A stretch of 64,000 nt of DNA, taken from a virus. Shown here one piece after another: positions 41,601 to 50,728 of this stretch. The notes beneath the pieces are model-generated. The model saw nothing but the letters and a program-made list of their open reading frames with translations. It made no database searches and was not told the DNA's origin. Numbering within the stretch: position 1 is the first letter of the stretch; each line of letters begins with the position of its first letter. Where the stretch lies: positions 1 to 64,000 of IMG/VR virus record IMGVR_UViG_3300032249_001455; one strand, 5' to 3'. Made by a program: the position numbers and the translations under genes.

Positions 41601-43745
41601 ACCAAGGCGTTTCCTGATCCGGTTGTTCCGGTCGTTGACAGCGCCGATCCACACTTAGAGTACGTTACACTACTGCTTCATATGGATGGCGCAGATACCA
41701 GCACTACTTTTGTTGACAATTCGTATTTGCAGCATACTGTGACTGCCGAAGGCTCCGCGGCTATTAGCACAGCCCAGAGCAAGTTTGGCGGGGCGAGCGC
41801 GTACTTTGCTGGAGACGGAGATAGGCTCGTCGTTCCGGGCGGGGACGCCTTCGCTTACGGGACGGATGACTTCACCATCGAAATGTGGGTCTGGCCCGTC
41901 AGCGTTCAGAGCGGGGGGATATTCTCGCAGGCCGAAAGCGGGATCAACTATTGCGTCATTGAGTTGATTGACGGGGAGGTACACTTCCCGTATGCGGGCA
42001 CGGGCGGCGGCGCCGGGCCGAGGATCATCGGCGGCGCGATATCAACAGAGTCTTGGCACCACATAGCCGTCGTCCGGCGACTCGGGCAGGCGCGGCTGTA
42101 TGTCGACGGCGTCGGAACCGCCGGGGAGCCGGTCAATTTTGATTTTTCGAACACCTCGTATCCGATTGCCGTCGGCGGTTACTCGTTCACCAGCGCGCTG
42201 GGCTTCAACGGCTACATCGACGACTTGCGCATCACGAAGGGCGTCGCTCACTACACGGACGACTTCATGCTGCCCACGACGCCGTTCCCGAGTCCGTTTA
42301 CTCCCGTCCCGACGGCAACGCTGCTTTTACATTTTGACGGCAGCGCGGCGTTGATCGACTCGTCGCCAAATGACCTGACGGTCATCGCTGGCGGTGGCGC
42401 TGTCCTCAGCACTGCGCAAAGTAAATTTGGCGGCTCAAGTCTTGAGCTAGCCGCGTTTGATTATGTCTCTGTGTTGCCGCCCGCAGGGTTTCAACTTGGC
42501 ACAGCCGCATGGACGATTGAGGCATGGACGTACATGAGGAGCGTGGCTCTTTACTCATGCCTTCTTGAGATCGGCAATCACGGCGTGGCGGCTGGCGCTG
42601 TGTTCTCGATGGGCTATGACGGCCTTCAGTTCTATAATAACGGCACATTTTACGGCTCTGGGGCGGCTATAACGCTCAATCAGTGGCAGCACATTGCCGC
42701 GTCGTTCGACGGCACGACGCTGCGGGTATTTACTGACGGCGTGCAACGGTGGAGCGGGCCGTTCGCTGGCGATCTAAACGACGGCAGCACTATTAGTATT
42801 GGGTACCCGCTTGGGTACACCGGGGGGCCGGGAACTAATCCCGCCTACGGTTTTGACGGCTACATAGACGAGATGCGCATTGTCCAAGGACTAGCCGTCT
42901 ACACCGCCGACTTCCCGAAGCCAACCGCCCCGTTCCGCGCCACATCCGAAGTCACACCCACAGACGTCGCTGGTTGTGATCTGTGGCTAGACTCTACAGC
43001 CGAGATAGGCACGCTCAATGGCGCGATCACAGTGTGGCCCGACAAGAGCAGCAACACGCGACCCGCTACGCCGGCTGATTATGCGCCGGCGCCGACGTTG
43101 GCTGTTGGCGAAGGACTTGCCGGGCAGAATGTCGTGCGTTTCAGCGGCGAACCGAATGTGCTTGACGTGGCATACGAGTTTAATCTCAAAAATTCGTCTG
43201 GGTTTGTAGTACTTAAACAGCCAACGCCTTTGAATGCGCCACCCGGTTTTCAAAGAATTCTGTCATTTCAGCCAACTACGGGAATAGACTCGTATCAAAA
43301 TGATGGTTTGGCGCTTGTGTTTAATAACTACACCACTGACGGCGTAGAGTTTTATTCCAACGGCAACCCCCCGATTGGTCAGCACGCTATGCCGCTTCCT
43401 GCTGGTTGGACGCTGCTCGCTTACACAATTGATAATTCCGGCAATCTCTCTCTGCGCGTAAACGGCGAAGAAGTTGACACCGGCGTCAATGCAAGCATGG
43501 CACAAGCTGCTGGCGGCAATCTTTATATTGGTCACGGCGGCTCGTTCGTCATCGACGAGGCCCTTCACGGCGACATCGCAGAGGTTGTAATCTTCGATCA
43601 TGCGCTGGGCCATGCGGCGCTGATTGGCTTAGAGCGTGGCTTACGGGCGCGTTGTTTGCCTCCACCACCGCCGCCTCCACCGCCGCCTCCACCGCCGCCG
43701 CCGCCTCCACCGCCTCCGCCAACAACAACTCCTTCTAACCCGTAA
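38679..43745 (+). CDS. Large multi-LamG tail/surface protein with Mtd_N/hyaluronidase-N-like head and poly-Pro tail
   Basis: KRGT...NPVLAAGEP.LETDT.KIKYG.GVT.W; repeated LLLH(F/M)DG...STAQSKFGG...IDDLRITKG units; about 21 Pro at the C-terminus. Confidence 0.85.
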   Translation: MGTEIKFKRGTALALQQSNPVLAAGEPCLETDTNKIKYGNGVTPWRDLPYGNSALDVIDGGEFTAGAVPAEPDIFSPPTIAGLKLWLDADNADYVHRVNNRVSVWEDASESGAKFVQSGKMHRPTVNNKIAQQDVVTFDGDNDAMIGALNLPAEFTLVVALRRRGASSGGKLISAYTQNNATELVLCGTETGVELGVLFDGEYLASQPVDNMTPVVYTLQFGGDGLSTRLNGLNTQAAESVSVSGLTCMSLGGDRANFTDDNYGGDIAEVVLYEGVLSSADLLDVENYMMERWDVQRLVHPLLDNMKAFLRMNEESGTRLDITAAEIPLTQTGAVGFAPGVIENAAEFTAGNNYLQAPNDLTFAGSFSASIWFNPAAVTGGVSELIQNWSGTDGTTGQMALAFGDVGESSASLFGFVRTDEGVYSVSAPELEANRWYQCVLIYDADANALRLYKDGLFVEEVSVVGTLLTTNIPLRVGIGQQTAEQNDLGFLADQIGLWDRALSLSEVQMLYNYELGKEDFAADFYGDNVSLLLHMDKPANAPSRPLGSPALLLHFDGADGSTNIVDSSPQNGTATAVGAIQLSTAQSKFGGSSLKCPDTYADHVDGFAGVDLSAGSWTVECWLLSEGPNVGNNKTVLSAGHQQFPDRWIVDVSVVDHTIYPRIYTVGNSIYAGGEPPNNPNGGGATPTPYTYGTWAHIAWVNDAGSDEFAMYVDGVKVYDRESFNLPKYDTVQIGQQASVFGPGEFYIDELRVMNIAVYTGEFTPPTAPFEFVVPPAPTTEMFIDTSRHHRTVTPAGDVYLNIEDIKYGNASGEFAGGYCELDMSSELAFGTDDFTVEFWGKLNYAQYSAVFSTASSAQEPGTYIVGFRDDANMFGFCYDIDNFTFIATNISAHYNTWTHYAFVRLDGVLKMYVNGVEAASATTAMNLDGGEQTTAVIGRRWTNEDNYYLDGLIDDFRITKGVARYIAEFNSPTKAFPDPVVPVVDSADPHLEYVTLLLHMDGADTSTTFVDNSYLQHTVTAEGSAAISTAQSKFGGASAYFAGDGDRLVVPGGDAFAYGTDDFTIEMWVWPVSVQSGGIFSQAESGINYCVIELIDGEVHFPYAGTGGGAGPRIIGGAISTESWHHIAVVRRLGQARLYVDGVGTAGEPVNFDFSNTSYPIAVGGYSFTSALGFNGYIDDLRITKGVAHYTDDFMLPTTPFPSPFTPVPTATLLLHFDGSAALIDSSPNDLTVIAGGGAVLSTAQSKFGGSSLELAAFDYVSVLPPAGFQLGTAAWTIEAWTYMRSVALYSCLLEIGNHGVAAGAVFSMGYDGLQFYNNGTFYGSGAAITLNQWQHIAASFDGTTLRVFTDGVQRWSGPFAGDLNDGSTISIGYPLGYTGGPGTNPAYGFDGYIDEMRIVQGLAVYTADFPKPTAPFRATSEVTPTDVAGCDLWLDSTAEIGTLNGAITVWPDKSSNTRPATPADYAPAPTLAVGEGLAGQNVVRFSGEPNVLDVAYEFNLKNSSGFVVLKQPTPLNAPPGFQRILSFQPTTGIDSYQNDGLALVFNNYTTDGVEFYSNGNPPIGQHAMPLPAGWTLLAYTIDNSGNLSLRVNGEEVDTGVNASMAQAAGGNLYIGHGGSFVIDEALHGDIAEVVIFDHALGHAALIGLERGLRARCLPPPPPPPPPPPPPPPPPPPPPTTTPSNP

Positions 43746-43751
43746 TTAACT

Positions 43752-46052
43752 ATGCCACCTATTGAAATCAGAATTCGTCGCGGGACTTCAAAATACCTCT
43801 CAGAGCAGAATGATGTTCTGGCCGACGGCGAGCCGTGTCTAGAAATTGACACGGGCAAGATCAAGTACGGTGACGGCGTCACGCCGTGGAATCAACTCGC
43901 CTATGCCACCACCGGGGATGAGCTGCCAGGAACGAATAACGAAGTCACAGGCGCAGACGGTTTGGCGGCGGGTGGTTCAGATAATCTTGCTAGCGGTTCC
44001 GCCTCGGCCGCGCTTTCCGGCAAAAACAACACAGCCAGCGGCGCTCAGTCGGTCGTCGTCGGCGGCAACGCGAACACGGCGGCCGGTGTTAATTCTGTTG
44101 CGATCGGCGGCAACGCAAACACAGCAAACGGCCCAAACAGCATTGCTGGCGGCAAAAACGCTGTTGCTACAAAAGACGCGCAATTTGCTTTGTCGGCCGG
44201 GAGCTTTTTTGTTCCCGGCGACGCGCAATTTTCTATTTACAACTTGCGCGCATCTACTGAAAACGATGTGCCAACACGCATGTATATCAACGGTACGGCT
44301 GGCAATTTAACTTTGACGCCCGGTGCCGCGTGGGCGTTTGAGGTGCGCGTGTCGGCATACGACTTTTCCGCAACCACATCCGGCGCGTGGACAATCCGCG
44401 GGAGCGTGTTCCGAGACTATGCAAACAGCGTAAGTCTATCTGGGACGCCCGTTGTTGAAGTTATTTCTGAAGAGTGGCCCGAGGGATCTGGTGTCGAAGT
44501 AACTGCCGATAATGTCAATAAAGCGCTGGCTGTCACCGTAACCGGCGCTGTTGCTCACGAGGTGCAGTGGGCGGCCACGGTTTTTTCGACCGAGCTTATC
44601 TCGCCAGAGCCGTTGGTGTCGGACATGTTCGTGGAAATTCCCGCGGACGCGGCTGTCGCCGACTTGGCTGTGACTGTAGACGGAAACAGCATGCAGCCGG
44701 CTTTTGATCCGACCATCTACGATTATGTTGTTTGGTCGGATGCTGATTTTTACAGCTCGTCAGCTCGCGACTATTCCGTCACGATCAACAACGGCAATCC
44801 AGTTACCGGCACGGCCACGGTCAATAAAGCTTTGCGCGTCAAAATTGGTGCGACAAGTTATTTCATTCGAATTCTTCCCAGCGACTTTCCAGAACTACCG
44901 GAAATTGTTACAAAAACAAATCAGTACTTGCCCGGCTATTACCTGGCTGCTTGTACGCAAGCGATTGGGCCTTACATGGTGATATACAACTCTAACGGCG
45001 TGCCGGTCTGGTACACATACAACGATGCCTCGTTGTGTGAAGTTATCAGTCTGCACGCCGGCTGGGACGCCAACAAACTGATCACCAACGGCAACACGCA
45101 CAACTGCGATCGGTGGGATATCCATATTGGTCTGAATGAGTTGACTGCAAAACCGTACACGATGATTAACCCAAATGGCAAAGGCAACAACGAAACGTGG
45201 GAGATTCACGAATCTCACGCAGTCAAAGGCCCGGCAAATCGCAAGGGCAACATTATTTACGAAGCCTACACCAACGTCGGTTTCTATATCCAAGAACAGA
45301 ATCCGCAAAATCAAATCGTGTGGGAGTGGTGGACAGAGGATTACTTCGGCTCTCGTTGGAGTGATTTCTACCACGTCAACTCTATAGATGTGCATCCAAT
45401 AACCGGAAACATTGTCGTCAGTTGCCGGCATAACAGCGCTGTATTCGCCATTGACTATGCAACAAAAGAAGTAATCTGGATTATCGAGGGTGCAGTAAAT
45501 TGCCACGGCGGCGGTTCTTTGTGGGGCGCGCGTATTCCGAACATGACGCAAAACACAAAGCTGCTCGTACTACAGGGCGAGCCAAGCCTATCGGGGAGTC
45601 AGTATGTGGGCCCAGACTCGCAACATGACGCCCGCTGGCACATTGATGTTCCGCCGCTCACCCCCGGCAACGACATTGTTTCTGTTTCTGACAACCAAAC
45701 ATGTTCCGCGCGACCAGCCCGCGGCGTTGTATATGAAATTGATCTTGCAAACTCCCGTGCGATTAACAGAATGCAAGTAAATTCGCCTTACGGCAATACT
45801 GGATGTTGCGGTTCGTTTACATTGCTGAAGGCAAACGATACAACTTATTCCGGCACGATGCTGTTAAACTCCGAAACCCCTAATACGGTAGAATTTAACT
45901 TGTCGCTGGCGGGTGCGAATCAGGGTGTCGTATTTGAGATGCACTTGCCGGGCGCGTGGTGGTATCGAGCTATTAAGGTTCGACCCGATTTCTTTAACCT
46001 GAATTACTTGCGCACAACTGCCGGGCGCATCCCAACAATCATTGGCGATTGA
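43752..46052 (+). CDS. Tail-fibre-like protein: Mtd_N-like + GGxxNxA beta-roll + arylsulfotransferase-like domain
   Basis: Same N-terminal module as the previous gene; GG.AN.A.G repeats; YHVNSID, SQHDAR, DN; C-terminal half paralogous to 35988..38666. Confidence 0.8.
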   Translation: MPPIEIRIRRGTSKYLSEQNDVLADGEPCLEIDTGKIKYGDGVTPWNQLAYATTGDELPGTNNEVTGADGLAAGGSDNLASGSASAALSGKNNTASGAQSVVVGGNANTAAGVNSVAIGGNANTANGPNSIAGGKNAVATKDAQFALSAGSFFVPGDAQFSIYNLRASTENDVPTRMYINGTAGNLTLTPGAAWAFEVRVSAYDFSATTSGAWTIRGSVFRDYANSVSLSGTPVVEVISEEWPEGSGVEVTADNVNKALAVTVTGAVAHEVQWAATVFSTELISPEPLVSDMFVEIPADAAVADLAVTVDGNSMQPAFDPTIYDYVVWSDADFYSSSARDYSVTINNGNPVTGTATVNKALRVKIGATSYFIRILPSDFPELPEIVTKTNQYLPGYYLAACTQAIGPYMVIYNSNGVPVWYTYNDASLCEVISLHAGWDANKLITNGNTHNCDRWDIHIGLNELTAKPYTMINPNGKGNNETWEIHESHAVKGPANRKGNIIYEAYTNVGFYIQEQNPQNQIVWEWWTEDYFGSRWSDFYHVNSIDVHPITGNIVVSCRHNSAVFAIDYATKEVIWIIEGAVNCHGGGSLWGARIPNMTQNTKLLVLQGEPSLSGSQYVGPDSQHDARWHIDVPPLTPGNDIVSVSDNQTCSARPARGVVYEIDLANSRAINRMQVNSPYGNTGCCGSFTLLKANDTTYSGTMLLNSETPNTVEFNLSLAGANQGVVFEMHLPGAWWYRAIKVRPDFFNLNYLRTTAGRIPTIIGD

Positions 46053-46164
46053 TGGTTTCTTTGACGCACGAAACAGACCGCCATGACGGAGACCAGGTCA
46101 ATTGTGCATTCTGCCCAGAGTTTCTGCGCTTGCTTTCAAATTAGATTATGCTAGAATCAAATCC

Positions 46165-46809
46165 ATGAAAGCAGAACTTTTGAGTCACTTCGGCGACGAC
46201 CTCATGGTCGTCAATGCGGCCAGGGTCAGTTATGGCAAGAGCAAGGGCGTTCTGGATGAGAAGGACTCAAGGCTCATAAGGTTTCTTGTAGAACACGGCC
46301 ACACCTCTCCGTTCCGGCACCCGCAGCTCCAGTTCAGGATACAGTGTCCCATATTCGTGGAAAGGCAGCTTTTCAAGCACCAGGTCGGCCTCACCGCCAA
46401 CAGCATAAGCGGAAGGTACGTTGATTTCTCGGACGAGTACTGGATTCCCGAACAGCTGAGGCTTCAGTCCAAGGACAGCAAGCAGGGAAGCGCCGGGGAT
46501 ATGGCGTCTGCCGACAACTCCCATTTTGTCACGAGAATCGACTGCCTCGTCGCCCAGTGCAAGGAACTCTATGAGGACATGGTGGCGGCGGGAGTGGCCA
46601 AGGAGCAGTGCAGGATAATACTTCCGCTCTGCCTTGAGACGCAGTTCATATGGACTGGTTCGCTCGCGGCTTTCCTTCACCTTTGGAAACTGAGGCTGAA
46701 GCCCGACGCCCAGAAGGAGACCAGGGATGTCGCCCAGATGATGCTGGACGAGGTCAGGAGCCTGCCCGGAAACCCCTTCAGTCTTACTCTTGAGGCCTTC
46801 GGTCTTTGA
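46165..46809 (+). CDS. thyX: Flavin-dependent thymidylate synthase
   Basis: VNAARVSY, GHTSPF.H, RQLFKH....NSISGRY, EQCR..LP, LRL...AQ.E. Confidence 0.92.
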   Translation: MKAELLSHFGDDLMVVNAARVSYGKSKGVLDEKDSRLIRFLVEHGHTSPFRHPQLQFRIQCPIFVERQLFKHQVGLTANSISGRYVDFSDEYWIPEQLRLQSKDSKQGSAGDMASADNSHFVTRIDCLVAQCKELYEDMVAAGVAKEQCRIILPLCLETQFIWTGSLAAFLHLWKLRLKPDAQKETRDVAQMMLDEVRSLPGNPFSLTLEAFGL

Positions 46810-46862
46810 ACGAAGGCCCGAGGCCCCTGTTCTGCTAGAAAAACAAGGTCGGACAACTAGAT

Positions 46863-47162
46863 ATGTACATGTTGAAATTCACTGAATGGATGGAACTGAA
46901 GGAGCAGATGATCGGTACGGCCTCCGCGGGAGCCTCCGGGCTTGTCAAGAAGATGCCGGGAATGTCGGGCTTTGACAAGACCAAGAAGAGAATAGATTCG
47001 ACCATCAAGGGTCTTTTTCTCAAAGGAAATACCAAGCAGGCAACGAAGCAGGTTGACACGATCATAAACGGAGAGATCAACAACACATCCACCGGCCTGG
47101 AGGACGCGGCCAAGCTCGCCGGCATGAGGGACTCAATAAAGAAGAGTCTCTCTTCGCTATGA
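46863..47162 (+). CDS. Hypothetical protein (MLKFTEW N-terminus)
   Basis: 99-aa ORF. Confidence 0.7.
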   Translation: MYMLKFTEWMELKEQMIGTASAGASGLVKKMPGMSGFDKTKKRIDSTIKGLFLKGNTKQATKQVDTIINGEINNTSTGLEDAAKLAGMRDSIKKSLSSL

Positions 47163-47344
47163 GTTTCCGCGAGTGGCTCGCCACCGAAGGGGGAAGGGGT
47201 TCCGGCACCAAGTTCACTTCCACAGGCCTCAATGCGGGCGGACAGGCGCAGAGCGGAATGACCTTCAGGATGTCCGTGAAGCCTGCCAGTCCCTTCGTTC
47301 CCCGCATCAAAGCCAAAATAAAGCCGTGGAAGAGCTCTATTTGA
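47159..47344 (+). CDS. Small hypothetical protein (MSFREWL N-terminus)
   Basis: ATGA overlap with the previous gene. Confidence 0.65.
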   Translation: MSFREWLATEGGRGSGTKFTSTGLNAGGQAQSGMTFRMSVKPASPFVPRIKAKIKPWKSSI

Positions 47345-47347
47345 TAT

Positions 47348-47812
47348 GTGGGCGAAAATCTATCAAATATAGCCATAGTATGCGAGTGCCTTCCCTGCCA
47401 CGACTGGATGTCGTTTGCATCCTGGTACTCCCTGAGCAAGAGGCTTCCGGACTCGGCCGTCGTCCTAGAAGTCCGCCACTGCCACCTCTTTTCATGGGCC
47501 CGAAGGCTGGGGGTTCGGATCGTCGGCCATTCCGAGAACGGCTTTAAAATTGGCCCCTCCGTAATGGCGGTCAGGGACTTTGACGGAGATGCGTCCATTT
47601 CGCCCGCAAAAACAGAAACCCAAACTTGTCTCATAGATTATTCGGCGGGTTGCGGCAATTTTGTTGCGGGCGACTGGATAAATAACAGCAAGGTTCCGTT
47701 CCTCAATGCTGTCAAGAGGTTCGGAACCGGCAGTTTGACCGTCAATGAGATGGCCATCCTGAATGTCTGGGAGCAATGTCACAATCTATACCTGCATGCG
47801 GGAGGCTCATGA
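47348..47812 (+). CDS. Hypothetical protein
   Basis: 154-aa ORF in operon. Confidence 0.65.
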   Translation: MGENLSNIAIVCECLPCHDWMSFASWYSLSKRLPDSAVVLEVRHCHLFSWARRLGVRIVGHSENGFKIGPSVMAVRDFDGDASISPAKTETQTCLIDYSAGCGNFVAGDWINNSKVPFLNAVKRFGTGSLTVNEMAILNVWEQCHNLYLHAGGS

Positions 47813-48081
47813 AAAGGTTTTATTTCGGCAACGAGGATGGCGACGAGGAAGACGAGGAGGATATTGACGATCCCCGCTTCATGACGCCAGACGCGTCCGA
47901 GTTCATATCGATGGCCAGGTTGGACAATCCGGAACAGTACCTTCTTGAGTGTTCCCTGAGAATGTGTGAAAAAAGCTTGTTTTGGAGGTTCTTCGGTGCG
48001 GAGAAGAAGATTTCTATGGTGAGCAAGGTATTTCTTGATCTTAAAAAACTAACAGAAGGACTTGACGATGCCCAGGTATGA
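47809..48081 (+). CDS. Hypothetical acidic protein
   Basis: GGAGG RBS, ATGA overlap. Confidence 0.65.
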   Translation: MKRFYFGNEDGDEEDEEDIDDPRFMTPDASEFISMARLDNPEQYLLECSLRMCEKSLFWRFFGAEKKISMVSKVFLDLKKLTEGLDDAQV

Positions 48082-48418
48082 GATGCAGTGTCTTAAGTGC
48101 GAGGAAGTGTACGACGTGTGGTGCAAGATGGCCGAAAAGGACGAATCCGTGAAGAAGGCCGCATGCCCCTCTTGCAAGTCCAAGAAGAAGGAGGAGGTGT
48201 TCGGGTGTCCCTCCGTCAAGTTCGCCAATCCCGTCGGAACCGACCGCTGGAACAGCGATTCCAAGGGCCATGACTACAGGTTCAAGTACAACATGGACAA
48301 GCCAGGCGGCCCTAGGGATCAGCGCACCGCCGCGGCCAGGGCCTCCAAGGTCGGAGCAGAGCCCTACAGGAGGATAGACGACATATCAAGCGGAAAGCAC
48401 TTCGGCGAAGTCAAATGA
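48068..48418 (+). CDS. FmdB-family zinc-ribbon protein
   Basis: MPRYEMQCLKC...CPSC motif. Confidence 0.8.
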   Translation: MPRYEMQCLKCEEVYDVWCKMAEKDESVKKAACPSCKSKKKEEVFGCPSVKFANPVGTDRWNSDSKGHDYRFKYNMDKPGGPRDQRTAAARASKVGAEPYRRIDDISSGKHFGEVK

Positions 48419-48514
48419 AAAGACCCATTTTTTGGGCTTTTCCGCGGTTCTCTTTTTTGCCTTTTCTGGCCCTAAATACGGTGTCCCTCCGAGCTCAATT
48501 ACACCGTGCAATCC

Positions 48515-49198
48515 ATGAATGCAGCCAAGAAAAGCGTATCCGCAGAGCAGCTGATAAGCGAAATCCACAACCACCACATAAACCACTTGTCTAGGGAGAT
48601 ATACCTGCACGGATATGTTGACGCGGACGAGGAGCCGGGCGTCGACTACAGGATGGCGACCTCGTTCATCAAGAACTTGCACATCCTCGGACTGCAGAAC
48701 AGCCAGAACATACTTGTCCACATGCACACCATAGGGGGCAACTGGAGCGACGGGATGGCCATATTCAATTCGATCAGGCTTTCCAAGTCGCCCGTCACGA
48801 TCATCGGGTACGCCCAGGCCAGCAGCATGAGCGGGATTGTATTCCAGGCCGCCGACAAGAGGGTCTTGATGCCCGACTGCGAGATCATGATCCACCACGG
48901 ATCAATAGCCCTAGACGACAACACCATGGCGGTCAAGAGCGCGGTGGATCAGAACGAGAAGTACTGCAAGAGGATGCTCCAGATATTTGCGGAGAGAGCC
49001 GTCATGGGAGCCTATTTCAATGAGAGGAAGTACAGCGTGAGGAAGGCCATGACCTTCATAGACCAGAAGATAAAGCAGAACGGAGACTGGTATCTCATGC
49101 CCGACGAGGCGGTCTACTACGGGTTCGCGGACGGCATACTCGGGGAGAAGGGCTTCGAGACCGTCGCCAAGGCCAGATCGGGGAGGAAAAGGAAATGA
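48515..49198 (+). CDS. clpP: ClpP-like protease
   Basis: REIYL.G.VD, T.GG...G.AI.N.I, ASSM (Ser), MIHH (His), DWYL...EAV.YG.AD. Confidence 0.85.
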   Translation: MNAAKKSVSAEQLISEIHNHHINHLSREIYLHGYVDADEEPGVDYRMATSFIKNLHILGLQNSQNILVHMHTIGGNWSDGMAIFNSIRLSKSPVTIIGYAQASSMSGIVFQAADKRVLMPDCEIMIHHGSIALDDNTMAVKSAVDQNEKYCKRMLQIFAERAVMGAYFNERKYSVRKAMTFIDQKIKQNGDWYLMPDEAVYYGFADGILGEKGFETVAKARSGRKRK

Positions 49199-49467
49199 GC
49201 GGGTTCTCATGGTTCACGGCCGTATCCATATTCGTTACGTACGTCGTCATAGACATGCTCTACGCCTATTATATAATGTGCGTGGAGGAGCGGAGACCCT
49301 TCAGGGCCGCCGCGACCACGAGTGTCATCTACAGCCTGCTGGCCTACGGGGTGGTCTCCTATTCCCAGAACATTCTTTATCTGATACCCTTGGCGTCCGG
49401 GGCTTTTTTTGGTACATTCATAATGGTCGCCTACAAAAAGAGAAAGGAAAACAATGACAGAGCATGA
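49195..49467 (+). CDS. Small membrane protein
   Basis: Three hydrophobic segments. Confidence 0.7.
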   Translation: MSGFSWFTAVSIFVTYVVIDMLYAYYIMCVEERRPFRAAATTSVIYSLLAYGVVSYSQNILYLIPLASGAFFGTFIMVAYKKRKENNDRA

Positions 49468-49666
49468 ACTTTTGTTGACCGACGAGTTCGTCGAATTCTC
49501 CAAGGCCGTATCCGCGGTCCACGAGGAGAAGAAGGTTCTTGAGGAGGATTTCAAGAAGCACTTCGAGGATTACAAGTCCAAGAAGAAGGAACTGGAGAAC
49601 AAGGTGGCCGCCGCCAGCTCCAAGTGGGAGGAATGGAAGAAGACTCAGCTCTCCGCAAAGAAGTAG
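49454..49666 (+). CDS. Small coiled-coil protein
   Basis: 70 aa, AAGGA RBS. Confidence 0.65.
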   Translation: MTEHELLLTDEFVEFSKAVSAVHEEKKVLEEDFKKHFEDYKSKKKELENKVAAASSKWEEWKKTQLSAKK

Positions 49667-49674
49667 TTCCCAAG

Positions 49675-50691
49675 ATGAGGAAGCTGGCATCGTTGCAGAA
49701 GGTTAAATTTGTCAGGCCCATCGCCGGGGCGGACGCCATAGAGTGCGTCGGCGTTCTCGGCTGGGAGTGCGTCTCGAAGAAGGGCGAGTTCTCTATTGAT
49801 GACGAATGTGTCTATTTCGAGATCGACAGTCTTATGCCGGACGAGCCTGTCTTCGAGTTCCTCAGGAAGGCATGCTGGAAGGAGGATCTCGGCAGGTACC
49901 GACTCCGCACTGTGCGACTCAGGGGGCAAATAAGCCAGGGACTAGCCCTTCCAATTGGTCTTTTCCCTGAACTCGCGGGCCGGGAAGTGGGGTTCGATGC
50001 CACCGAAATTCTTGGCGTGGAGAAGTACGAACCCCCCATCCCCGCCCAGATACAAGGCGATGCGAGGAGCTTCAGTTGGCCGATCGAAAAGACCGACGAA
50101 ACTAGGGTGCAGCAGGACGATGAGTGCGGTTTCATATCCCGACTGACGGGCAGCCCCTATTACATATCTCTTAAAATAGACGGCACGAGTTCGAGCTTCA
50201 TGGTGTCCGAGGGCGAGTACCACGTCTGCGGAAGGAACTACAGCTACAAGAGGTCGGATTCCCACTCCTTTTGGAAGATCAGCGAGAGGTACGGCATAGA
50301 GGCCAGGATCAGGGATCACGCCCTCCGCACGGGGCAGAGGCTTGCCATACAGGGCGAGATCGCCGGCCCAGGAATACAGAAGAACCCCCTTGGCCTTAGA
50401 TTCCCCGACCTTTTTGTATTCAACGTCGTTGACATGGATGCGGGCAAGCTTCATTTGGATTCGGCAACTAGGATTGCGGCTGAATTTGGACTTAATTTCG
50501 TGCCTGTTATGGAGCGGGGGGAGTCCTTCTCCCTCTCGCAGGCGGAACTGCTCGAGCTCGCAAGGGGAAAGTACGCGGATCACTTCCCATCCGCCAAGCC
50601 CGGTCAGGACAGGGAGGGCATCGTGGTTCGCAGCCTCTGCGGACGCATAAGTTTTAAGGCGATAAACAACGACTTCCTTCTGAAGGAATGA
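49675..50691 (+). CDS. RNA ligase (DRB0094/Rnl5-like)
   Basis: MRKLAS N-terminal OB fold, KTDE.RVQ, KIDGTS, QGE..GPGIQKN, REGIV, SFKAIN. Confidence 0.9.
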   Translation: MRKLASLQKVKFVRPIAGADAIECVGVLGWECVSKKGEFSIDDECVYFEIDSLMPDEPVFEFLRKACWKEDLGRYRLRTVRLRGQISQGLALPIGLFPELAGREVGFDATEILGVEKYEPPIPAQIQGDARSFSWPIEKTDETRVQQDDECGFISRLTGSPYYISLKIDGTSSSFMVSEGEYHVCGRNYSYKRSDSHSFWKISERYGIEARIRDHALRTGQRLAIQGEIAGPGIQKNPLGLRFPDLFVFNVVDMDAGKLHLDSATRIAAEFGLNFVPVMERGESFSLSQAELLELARGKYADHFPSAKPGQDREGIVVRSLCGRISFKAINNDFLLKE

Positions 50692-50692
50692 A

Positions 50693-50721
50693 TTGACTTG
50701 ATTGAATATTTTTATTAGAAT
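50693..50721 (+). promoter_or_regulatory. Sigma70-type promoter (near-leaderless transcript)
   Basis: TTGACT-17-TAGAAT, 7 nt before ATG at 50729. Confidence 0.7.
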
Positions 50722-50728
50722 CCTGGCC

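Noticed and set aside
38679-46052. Diversity-generating retroelement suggested by Mtd_N-like domains and internal repeats
   Set aside because: No reverse transcriptase in the window; repeats differ at all bases rather than at adenines, consistent with LamG domain duplication.
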